Source of the DNA: Zootoca vivipara | Taxonomy: Eukaryota | DNA: 64,000 bases | Reading direction: 5' to 3' | Assembly: GCF_963506605.1 (NCBI RefSeq) | Contig: NC_083279.1 | Location: 51,956,001-52,020,000 of the forward strand | Part shown: positions 53,439-64,000 of the stretch, piece by piece | Position numbering within the stretch: position 1 is the stretch's first letter | Layout of the letters: every line of letters begins with the position of its first letter | The notes under the pieces: model-generated | The model's database searches: none | Told to the model about the DNA's origin: nothing | Seen by the model: only the letters and a program-made list of their open reading frames with translations | Translations under genes and position numbers: made by a program

Positions 53439-53793
53439 AGGAAAACAAGCATCAACCATTTCAGCTGATTATTTTTCAGGGACTGTTAATCATATTAAAA
53501 ATGGCATTTTCCCATACTGCTTTAACCTCTCCATTTTTTTGTTAAAAAATGTTGACATCCCTTGTGAAAATGGCTTTTATGACCACAGTTTTATGAGGAA
53601 GTAGCTTACTGAAGTCACCAAATGGTAAAAACTTGCTGGTTGAATCTGTCTCTCGAGTGAGAGATAAGAGGGGAGTGTGTACACCCTAGGTGATAAATAG
53701 AGGTGGATGTTTTTTCTGTTACTTGTCATAGGGTGAAATGACATTCCTAACATACATCCACTGTGATGATTTGTACTTTGTAATTTTGCCCAT

Positions 53794-53990
53794 GTGGAAT
53801 AATGGTTGGACTATGACCTGGGAGACTGAGATTCAAATTTCCAATCAACCATGAAGTTCACTGGGTGACCCCAAACCAGTCAACATCTGTTAGCCTAACC
53901 TACCTCACCAGGTTGTTGTGAGGATAAAATGGGGAGAACCATGTACACCACCTTGAGCTCCTTGGAAGAAAAGGTGGTATATAAATCTAA
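53794..53990 (+). mobile_element. Old CORE/MIR-like SINE
   Basis: Degraded tRNA head, the core ctaacctacctcac-agg-ttgttgtgaggataaaatgg, and an L2-like tail. Confidence 0.7.
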
Positions 53991-54338
53991 TAGTATTGTA
54001 TTTTTGTTGTATATTGCTTTTAGGTCTTGTTTTCATTTGTTAATGCTTTGTTAGTGAACTCGTTTCTTTTTTAAAAGGAGCATACAGATGTGAAATTTAA
54101 TGAAATCAAATCAATTTAAAGTGTCTTACTTGCAAGTAACACGTTTGGGGCTGTGTGCTACTTACCAGTGCTCATTGACAAAAAATTATATACGCTTAGA
54201 TTAGAAGATCGCAACTTCTTTTGCCACACTCCTACAAAAAGCACTGCTATATATTGCCACACAGAATGTTACAGGACATCTAAGGCTCCCCTTATAACAA
54301 AAATACCAGTCAACAAAATTGCAATACGAGTTTCATAC

Positions 54339-54394
54339 CAATAAGCTTGATATTGTTGTCGTCATCAAGCAAGAGATTTTCTATCTTCAAATCT
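54339..54394 (-). CDS. HUNK: HUNK coding exon 3
   Basis: 56 nt, tttcag|A GAT TTG AAG ATA GAA AAT...CTT ATT G|gtatga. Encodes (R)DLKIENLLLDDDNNIKLI(D), completing HRDLKxEN. Phases match exons 2 and 4. Confidence 0.96.
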
Positions 54395-56224
54395 CTGAAA
54401 CAGACAAACATGTTTAATGAGAATGCAGGCCATTAAGCTTTTGATTTTTTCAAAGTTTCAGTAACCACTGTCATTTTCCACTTGCATCAGATTGTTATTA
54501 GGATCTTAATGTTATGATCTAGAGATGGTAGAGTTATAGTCCAATGTAGTTATCATGCGGGTACACCTGGTCTAATATGTGTGGGGGCACAATCCATCAA
54601 ACAGTTCTATTCCACAAAACTGACTGAAATTAATTAGAGTTGCACCAGAATATTGTGGCTGGGAAGTCTAGTGGTATTTCCCTGCATTGCAGTATGTGTT
54701 ATGAAACCATATTAGATAGTCTCCATTTGAAAAAACGCGAGAACAGTTTTTGTACAGAGAAAACAGTTTTAAAGCCTATGTACATTTGATTTATGCTACC
54801 AAATGATATTTACTGGGTCTAGTCTTCTGCATGGAAAAGAAATGCAGGCACAATCAGGCTGAAAAACATATATCACCATAACGCAAGTGGAAGAAGGAAA
54901 GTGGTTCACTGACTTCAAAGCAGAGTTTGGGATATTCGTGGCCTTGTGTTAAACTGCATTCCTAAGGCAAACCTACAGAAGAAAAGCTAACTTTGCATTT
55001 CAAAAGGAAGCGAATCTCAGTTCTGCAGAATTCTGACATAAATATTGCACCAGCCATCAGACTGTACTTAAAATTAGTTGGCTGAATGCATCTAGAGATC
55101 AAGCAATGGGTGTCAAGAAACAAAATCTAATATGCCTGGAATAACTGTACTTGAGCGGTGCTATCAGAGACTTTCAAATGTTTTTGTCATTGGTTGCATT
55201 TTATTTCCATAGCCTCTGCAATGTTCAAAATGCTTTACAATCACTATCTCTGCCATCCTTGTAATAACCTACCTGAGGGCCTATTAATGTTACCTCTTGG
55301 AACAGAACAAGTTGCCAAAAATGCCTAAGTATTTTACTATCCTGCTAACACTTTGTTTTACTTAGCAAGAAGGAGCAAGGCCAAACTGAATGTTGTAGAG
55401 ATTTAATGTATCAACTTTAAAAAAATGCATATAGCAACAGCTGCAGGGTGGGGGTGGGAGGTGGGGAGAGATACTACCAAGACTGCACCAGGCATGGATG
55501 AGGAAATTTAACCTTTTCCTCCCCTGGAGATCTCTAAAGTAAAGTATCTCTTCTGAAGTTGCTTATGTGCATTAGAAGAAAAGTTGCCCTTATTGGGGGC
55601 AACTTCAGAAGAGAAGCTTGCAAGTTAGAGGAAGACTTATGTTTAAGTTGTACCTTCTTCTCTACCAGTACCTGCAAATAGGCTTCATCAGCTGTAAACA
55701 GCCATTCATTGAGATTCAGAACTTCAAAAAGTCACACTTTTTGAAGTGAGAGTCAGGATGGTTTAAATACCTCAGCAATGCTTCAGGGGTGATTAGAAAG
55801 TCCTTTGTTTTTATGTTTTATTGTAATTCTGTTGGTGTGAGCCGCCCTGAGCCTGGTTTTTGACTGGGGAGGGCGGGGTATAAATAAAAACTGTGGGCAA
55901 TAATGTGAATTGGAAGTCATAACAAACAAACAAAAGAACATTGTTGTTGTATTGTATGATAATCTATAAGGAAAGACATCTTTGACATTATCCACCAAGG
56001 TCTAACAAATGCCATGAGTGACCCAAGCAGATAGTATGGTGACATGGTGAATAACAAAATAGATGTATTTGGAAAGAATTAGGAATGTCCTATGACTAGT
56101 TGTTGCCTACATTCTCAACTGGTGTATCCTCTAAGTCTTCCATTACATGGCCCAATGGAGAAAACTTGGGCTATTACCAGACATAAGAGGCTGTCTGGCA
56201 GCACCTATGATGCAGAGAATGATA

Positions 56225-56641
56225 CAGTGGAACCTCGGTTTATGAACACCTCGGTTTATGAATTTTCGGTTTATGAACGCCGCGGACCCATCTGGAACGG
56301 ATTAATTCACTTTCCATTACTTTTAATGGGAAAGTTCGCTTCAGTTTATGAACGCTTCAGTTTATGAACAGACTTCCGGAACCAATTACACCCATGTTTC
56401 AGTTTATGAACGCTTCAGTTTAAGTACTTCGCGGACCCATCTGGAACGGATTAATCCACTTTCCATTACTTTCAATGGAAAAGTTTGCTTCAGTTTATGA
56501 ACGGTTACTCCGCGGACCGTCTGGAACGGATTAATCCACTTTCCATTACTTTCAATGGGAAAGTTCGCTTCAGTTTATGAACGCTTCAGTTTATGAACAG
56601 ACTTCCGGAACCAATTGTGTTCATAAACCGAGGTACCACTG
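56225..56641. mobile_element. Tigger-like (Tc1/mariner) MITE with internal tandem repeats
   Basis: TA|cagtggaacctcggtttatgaaca...tgttcataaaccgaggtaccactg|TA, containing three copies of cgcggaccc.tctggaacggattaa...ttcagtttatgaacg. Confidence 0.92.
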
Positions 56642-56756
56642 TATATGAAAAGATAATTCTTAGTTCCTTTCAAGATAGGAAATGAAGACGGAGCGACAGT
56701 GGCTTGTCCAAGGTGATACCATGGAGGTACAGCATTCAGACTTTGATCTCTTACCG

Positions 56757-58475
56757 CACGGGTGTCAGACCCAAGGCCCGCGGGCCAAATGCGGCCCGCG
56801 AGACCTCGCCATGCGGCCCGCGAGACCTCGTCATGTGGCCTAGAGCGCCAGAATGCAGGGGGCGCTGAGCAGCCCGCCCGCCGCCCGCTGGCGCCACTGC
56901 CACCGCCGCCGCCGCACTGTGCTGCCTGGGGCCGACTCCCGCGTCTGCAGGGGGGCGTAGTTGGCCCCCTGCACCAGCCCCTCCCCGCCGCCGCATCATA
57001 CCCTCTGCCAGCCAATAGGGCTCAGGGGGGCGGAGTCCAGCTGCAGCGGGAGAATTTCTCTTTGCTGGGCTTCCGGCGAGGCATCACGGCGCGCGCCACG
57101 GAGCTCCTGAGGGCAGCCAGCGTGTTCGCGCTGCCCAAAGGGCTCCTAAGCCACTGAGACCGCCGCCGCGTGAGTGCCGGGGGTTCCTGTTGGCCCCCCC
57201 CCAGCTGAACAGAGAGAGAGATCGACCCTACTGCGCAAGTGCCATTCATTTCCATGGGAGTTCGCCCTGCAAAGCCCCCTGAAATGAATGGCGGCGGCAA
57301 GAGTGGGTCGTTTCCTGAGCCATTGAGCAAGGTTAGTGGCCGCTGGAGACGCAGGGAGGGAGGGAGGGAGGCTCTCAGAAGCAGCCGGAGCCCACCCGGG
57401 CAGATTAACCCTTGGGCTGCTGGGTACCATCAGCTCATTCACCCGCTGCCTTTCTTCCGCTGCTTTCGAGAGAAGTCCGGTTAGGCGGCAAGGCTGGAGT
57501 TGCAGGCTGATGCAAAGGAAGGGGCTTGAGGAGCTGGGGACGGGGAAAGAGATCTCTGCTGGCACCAGAGAGGGATGGCTGGTCTGGCAGTTTCAGCTCA
57601 CGGAGGATTGTTTTCTGTTTGAGAAGTGGGGAGGCTATTGACAGGGAAGCGATCGCTCACTTTCCCTCTGGAGAGCTCAACAGCTGCTATCGGGCTGGCA
57701 GCGCCTTGAAATCAATTTTAAAGAGAGGGAAAGGGGAGGAGAACAAGCGGGGATGGATGGAAAGAAGGCGGGAGGGAGGGAGGGAGAGAGAGGAGGGAGG
57801 GAGGGAGAGAAGGAGGGAGGGAGGGAGGGAGGGGAGGAGGACAAGCCGGGAGCCTCTGAGGGGGAGAGCGAGAGAGCTAGGAGACAACGGGGAGCAGCCG
57901 CTTTGCAGCCGGCCTCAAGATCTCACATCTATACACTCTCCGATCGATGGCAAGGAGGGATAATATTTGTCAGCTGCAGTCCTCCCCCACCTTTTCCATT
58001 CTAACCCAAGAAGGGAGGGAGCTAATGTCTAAGAGGCATTTCCTCTCGGTTCCAAAAACAAAACAAGAATTAGCCCATTATAAAAGAGGAGAGAAGAACC
58101 CCGCAAGCGAGTAAAATCTAGTCAGAAAAGTTTAAAAAAAAGTTAATGCCTTGTGTTTGCCATATGTGTAATAAACAGTGTTTGGCAATATTTGTATGTT
58201 TTTTAAAAAAATTACTCTGTTACCAAAAATCATTTTTCAATAAATTGTACAATAATTGTACATTTGAATACCTACTTGCCATTATTCTGACTATGTTTTT
58301 GCTTTCAGAGCTAGTTATTACTTACATTATTACAAAAAACAGTAATAATTGAATGCAGTGACAATAATTTATAATAATAAAGAGTGGACACATAGTCCTA
58401 CAGATACAACCGGCCCTTTGAGGGTGAGCAAACTGCTGATGCGGCCCCCCGATGAATTTGAGTTTGACACCCCTG
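56757..58475. mobile_element. 1.7-kb non-autonomous hAT (Charlie-like) element with CpG-rich cargo
   Basis: TIRs cacgggtgtcagac / gtttgacacccctg, subterminal gcggccc motifs, and a perfect 8-bp TSD tcttaccg at 56749-56756 and 58476-58483. No transposase ORF. Confidence 0.9.
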
Positions 58476-60189
58476 TCTTACCGGTACATACATATACTAT
58501 TATAGCTCACAAAATACAGATGTGTGTATATTTTACTATCTCCCAAAGCATTGCTTAATAAACCAAGTTCAAGTGATATGCATCTTGTTCCACACTGAAA
58601 GAAATAGTGGAAAAAACAGATACACAGGAAGCTGTCTTTGCCACTGGTACATTATTAAATTCCTTTCTCTGACATTCTGACAGTAATTGCACTGAATAGG
58701 ATTGAATTTGGTTAAAATTACTTTAAAAGGGTTGTTGAGAATTTCCTGTGGGATGCTATTGCAAGCACCAAAGCCTTAACTTCATTGTCTTTGTTGTTCT
58801 TACTCCCTTAGGAGGCTTAATGCTCATCCTGTTTTTGACAGCATGAAGGCCTCTGTAAATATCTTCTAAAAAGAAAAAAGCTTCCCATATATTGCCATTT
58901 GGAATTGTTTTGTTGCTGTCAGACAAAGAGACAATGACTGCTATCTAATTCTGATTTGAGATTGATGCTTCTATGGCTTCAACAATGAACAAACCACAGG
59001 CCAAAGTTTACAGACCTTCTCAAAATGACCCCACAGAGACAGGACAGGCATCAGAAATGACTGCTTGGCAAGAGCTTTTGGCTATAAAAAGGATGTACTG
59101 TACAGTATTCTTAAAACGGGATTCTCAATTTGGCATTACAAACTTCATTAGGTCAAGGGAAAATCAGCCAAGCTTCCTCAAATGTTGCTAGGACAAGACA
59201 AACACAGACTGACAGTCATAGAATCATCTTTTACAATATAATCTGGCAACAAGCAATCCAGAAGAGCATGAAGAAGGCTACAGTACCCATCTTACATGCC
59301 TTAAAGTCCAATCAATGATGGAAGACCCTAGGGAAGCCAATAGCTCCCAAGCAAAATGACTGGGCATGGTGACTGTGTTAAAAGGAGCAGCCCTGGGCTC
59401 CTTTGGAAGGAATGGCAAGGTAGAAATAAATAAAATGAGCTCCTCTGGGATGCTACTGCTTTGGCACTTTGAACACCAAAACAGATTCTGAGAACATAAC
59501 AAGCCCTGCTGCAGCTGACTAAAGGCCCATATAGTCAAGCATCCTATTCTCACAGTGGCCAACCAGATGTTAATGGGAAGCTGACAAATTGAACAATAAA
59601 AGCACTCTTCCCACTCTGCAACTGGTATTCAGAGGCCCTCCAACACTGGGCAGAGAACAGAGTCATCACTACTAGCAGCCTCTGCTTATCCTCCATCAAT
59701 CTGCCTATCCCCCTTTTAAAACTGTCCAAAGATATCCACACTGAACACACTGAACCAAAACAAAAACAAACCATGGGGCAAACTGCACATGACAGGAACC
59801 TATGAATTTCTTTCAAAGATATTGTTAACCTCATCTCTTTGGGAAAAAACGCCCAAGGATGACTGCATTTTGTGGACAAACATTAGGAATTAGCTAAGTA
59901 AACCCTCCTTTTGGGTCCTGATTTACAGCCTTTGATTATACTTCACTGTTAAAAAAGGAAATTAGAAAAGCAATTTGGTGTAATGTTTGCCCCATTGTCC
60001 CTTCGAGTTGTTGGGAATGGGAAGGTGAAGCAGTGGGCTCATGTAGTGGCAACTCTCTGTTCTCTCATAGGATAACAGGATTCATATTATGTGAAGTAGC
60101 GGCTTTGAAATGACTAGCTCACCACCCAGAAAATTGCTGGATACTGGTGGATTGGCTACTAGGTAGCATAAGTGAGTTTACAGAACACA

Positions 60190-60947
60190 GGCTGTGCTCA
60201 CGCACCTTTCTAAATCAAACCATGGTTTAACACGAATGCATGAATGTGCTGGCTCCCAGGGAGGAGACTGCTTCCATTTTCCTCCTCCTCAATTCTTTTA
60301 GCTCAATACAACACGGCAGCTAAGATTTGGCTTAGTGTGTCATCTGAACGTGGGACTGTGCTTAAAACTCTCCCCTCCTTTACCATGATCTGTAAAGGTA
60401 AAGGTACCCCTGACCATTAGGCCCAGTCGCGGACGACTCTGGGGTTGCGGCGCTCATCTTGCTCTATAGGCCGAGGGAGCCGGCGTTTGTCCGCAGACAG
60501 CTTCTGGGTCATGTGGCCAGCATGACTAAGCCACTTTTGGTGAACCAGAGCAGCACACGGAAACGCCGTTTACCTTCCTGCCAGAGCAGTACCTATTTAT
60601 CTACTCGTACTTTGACGTGCTTTCGAACTGCTAGGTGGGCGGGAGCTGGGACCGAGCAACGGGAGCTCACCCCGTCGCGGGGATTCGAACCGCCGACCTT
60701 CTGATCGGCAAGCCCTAGGCTCAGTGGTTTAGATCTGTAGCCAAGAACAAACCTTGGCTAGATGTCATGGTTAAGAAGAGAGCTTAACCAAAACCCCATG
60801 TTTGGATGACACACTAAGCCAAACCTTGACTTAACTATCACAGCACACTAAAAACTAAGAGGACTAGGGAGGAACAAAGGAGAATCAATATGTTCAGGCA
60901 GTCTCAGTAAGCCACAGTTCAGTTTACTGTGTGACATGTGAACCAGG
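60190..60947. mobile_element. Degenerate palindromic MITE-like element interrupted by a SINE
   Basis: 60326-60349 matches the reverse complement of 60800-60823 at 22/24 positions. Central stem tagccaag-aacaaac-cttggcta at 60738-60760. Outer boundaries are approximate. Confidence 0.6.
60395..60731 (-). mobile_element. Sauria SINE, slightly 5'-truncated
   Basis: TSD gatctgta at 60387-60394 and 60732-60739. CpGs largely retained. Confidence 0.94.
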
Positions 60948-62244
60948 TTACTATAGCTCACAAGGTTAAGGAGGTTTCACTTTTAGGCCAAGTACTGAAA
61001 ATGACAGGCAGGACAAAAGAATAAATATTTCCTTAGCCGAAGAGTTGGAAACCTTGAGCACTTCTTTTAACCTTAAAATACCTAGTATTTTCATATGATA
61101 GTAAAATTTTCTATAGCTGAATTCTAGGTCACAAAAGTTTTAAGGTTCTTCAATAATTACAATTCACTATTATCAATTTTCAATAACATGACTCATGTTG
61201 ATTAGATGACTGAATTTAATCACTGCTCTCCCTCAATCTACGGTAATTATTTACCTACTTTACCACACAAGGACAAATAATTTGTGATAGAGCCGGCTGA
61301 ATAATATCTCTAATGAATTTGATTTTGTTGGTGGTGGAGGAGGAAGTCCTCACCTGTTCTGTTAAACAAGCTCAGAGATCATGAGTACATATTGTAAAAG
61401 GTACAGCAGCAAGAAATTCCATCCTGCAAGAACAGCCATGTCTTGTTTATCATAAAGAGAGAATGTGAACACCTACAGATCTCAGATGAGGTGCGAGTGC
61501 TGTTATTTTTAGAGCTGATTTAAAATAACTTTATCACCAACTGCACTTAAGGCAAGAATGAATTGTGACTTTCTAAAACATGGATTTGGCACTCCTTTTT
61601 AAAGGGTCCATTATAATTAAAGTAATAGCAAACTGCTTAAATTGATAGGTGACACATAGTGCTTGCACACTTTTAGAGCCTGCCTATAAAGCAACTCTCT
61701 ACACTCTTGGCTGGATATTGTGCCAGTCAACTAAATCACACGAAGTAGAAAAGATAGGTATATAATTTAACCATTTAGCTTGCCTTTTCTGCCATTAAGT
61801 CTTTCAAACTGGATTATAGCCTATAGTTAAAACAAAATATAATTTAAAACACTTAAAATTAATCAATTACCTAACCAGTTAATTTTTTTAAAAAAAAAAC
61901 AACCACTGGCATATCAAGAATTAACAGCAAATTATAAAAAATATAAAATCGGAGTCCACAAAAGTTCTGTTGTAAAACGTTAAGTTTCAACCGACCACCT
62001 GAAACTCTGAACCAAACAAAAATGATACAATTTCCCTTGGGAAAACGTCACATACAAGTTCCATCTTGTTTTATTTATAACTGCCACTGCTTAATTTATG
62101 TAATGACAGATTGCTTTTATTAAACTACAGTACTGTTCAATAGTTGCTGAATGATATTTGTAGCTGTGAATATACTGTAAACATCTCTGTGAAGGCTGGT
62201 CTTCAAAAGCAGAACATTCATGTTAAATAAAAAAGCAAATTCAC

Positions 62245-62537
62245 CTGTGAACCACCCCTGCACGATGTAGGTGTTCAACAGCCAAGATAAGCTGCCGGAT
62301 GTATTTACGTGCTTCATGCTCTTCCAGCCTCTTTTTCTCATAGATTTTGTGCATCAAGTTGCCTCCTGGGCACAGCTCCATAACAAGGTAGTAACTGTTT
62401 TCCGTTTCCAAGATATCCAGTAGCTGAGCAATGTAAGGGTGTCGGATCATCTGCTGGATCTGTCCCTCCCGCCTCAGATTCTTGGTGACATAAGTGTCCT
62501 TTTTGGCTCTTTTCTTATCAATAACTTTCACTGCCAC
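62245..62537 (-). CDS. HUNK: HUNK (hormonally up-regulated Neu-associated kinase) coding exon 2, kinase N-lobe to HR
   Basis: 293 nt, cag|GTG...CAC AG|gtgaa. Encodes VAVKVIDKKRAKKDTYVTKNLRREGQIQQMIRHP...LHRAGVVHR, which matches HUNK and includes the catalytic Lys (VAVK). Confidence 0.97.
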
Positions 62538-63721
62538 CTGATGGGAAAGAAAGACAGGCCATAGTTATTATTACCATTCTTGTTATTGCTCCTAACTCCA
62601 ATCGTTCTATCATAACATTAACCTGAAAAGGGGGGGGGGGACAAGGAAAGAAGGAACTGGAAGGGGGGGAAAGTGAGTGCTGAATTATATGAATAGAATC
62701 TTAATCCTCCAGTGATGCACCCTACAAGCTTTTAAACATTATCTCTCTTTTTAAAAAGAAATGCCCAAAGGTCTTACATATATGGCGTTTGCTTTAAACA
62801 GTTTTCAATTTTGTGTTTAAAATTGTTGTTCCTACCCTGAGACCCTATGGTGAAAAGTGGCTAGTACATTTATAAATATTATTAATATTAATATTACCTC
62901 CAAATGCAATACTAATTTAATTATGTCCAACAGTTGTGTAAGAAGGAATTTGTGACTTCTAAGCAATCCAATGCTAAGCATTTGCTGGTCAGCAGAACCC
63001 TCAAAAGCAAAAGTTATGGTACTTAATTCCTACCATATTGAATGTTATTTTTCTAATTTACACGAATAAGTAAATGTGAGGTATCCAACAAATACCCTTT
63101 TATTTTAAATTGACTTCTATATCTTGATTCCAATTATTTAATTATTAAGCATTTGTATTTACATAACCTAAAAGCAGATTTCTAGGTCACAAGCATCTAC
63201 TGATGTTTATTATGACATCTGTGGTATGAGCAGCAAAGGAATTATGCTAATAACCATTCCTCTTTTGCAGCCTATTTCTGCAGAGTTCTATGGCAAAGGA
63301 AATGATCATACCTTGCAAATGAGATCTATTAGCTCGTTGTTCATTACTGCCTTATTATTAGAATGGAAAAGGGAACTCGCTGTTCTTTCATGTTGTTGAG
63401 CTTTGCACTGAAATCAGTTTAAAAGGTTCCTGCCCATACAAAACAAAATCCAAAGCGGTGAAGACTCTTAAGTTTAGTGGTAGAGTACAAAGTCTGCATG
63501 TGAAAAGTCCCAAGTTTAATCCCCAGCATCTCCAAATGGGGCTCTAGCTTTGATGGACCCCAGACAACCTATCCTCTGGCAGGCCAACCTACATAGCTGC
63601 AACAGAAATGTTTCAATCAGTGCTGGTGCCTGGGTCTAGCTACCCTTTCCCATGATGCCTCTGACCATTGTGGAACATTGACAGGATGGCTGGATTCAGT
63701 CACACAAATCACTTCTTGGAA

Positions 63722-64000
63722 TAACAACAACAACAACAACAACAATTTATTATTTATACCCTGCCCATCTGGCTGAGTTTCCCCAGCCACTCTGGGCGGC
63801 TCCCAATCAAGTGTTAAAAACAATGCAGCATTAAATATTTAAAACTTCCCTAAACAGGGCTGCCTTCAGATGTCTTTTAAAAATAGGATAGCTGCTTATT
63901 TCCTTGACATCTGATGGGAGGGCGTTCCACAGGGCGGGCGCCACTACCGAGAAGGCCCTCTGTCTGGTTCCCTGTAACCTCACTTCTCACAATGAGGGAA
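63722..64000 (-). mobile_element. L2-clade LINE 3' end (same family as 17459-18285), runs off the window
   Basis: (CAA)n followed by tttattatttatacc...ccagccactctgggcggct...gagaaggccctctg, highly similar to 17507-17760. Confidence 0.9.

Noticed and set aside
56225-56641. Repeat-spacer-like array resembling CRISPR
   Set aside because: Eukaryotic intron, no unique spacers and no cas genes; bounded by Tigger-type TIRs and TA.

Overview
Vertebrate genomic DNA from a squamate reptile, most likely a lacertid lizard (Sauria SINEs, BovB, squamate-type L2/CR1 and hAT/Tc-mariner MITEs). The right ~40 kb holds most of a minus-strand HUNK kinase gene: coding exons 2-8, 10 and 11, with exon 1 outside the window. 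The nine confident exons have GT-AG boundaries and matching phases and total 1839 nt (613 codons including the stop). The small exon 9 is unresolved. The left ~23 kb is intergenic and rich in transposable elements (TEs). I found no convincing new biological system. The items most worth following up are: a 1.7-kb hAT element with perfect TSDs that seems to carry captured CpG-rich host-like sequence, a complete non-autonomous Helitron with internal hairpin repeats in a HUNK intron, a perfect 56-bp fold-back with no TE ends, and a possible 1-nt-short exon 9. TE family names and comparisons with mammalian HUNK come from motif recognition and memory, not database searches.
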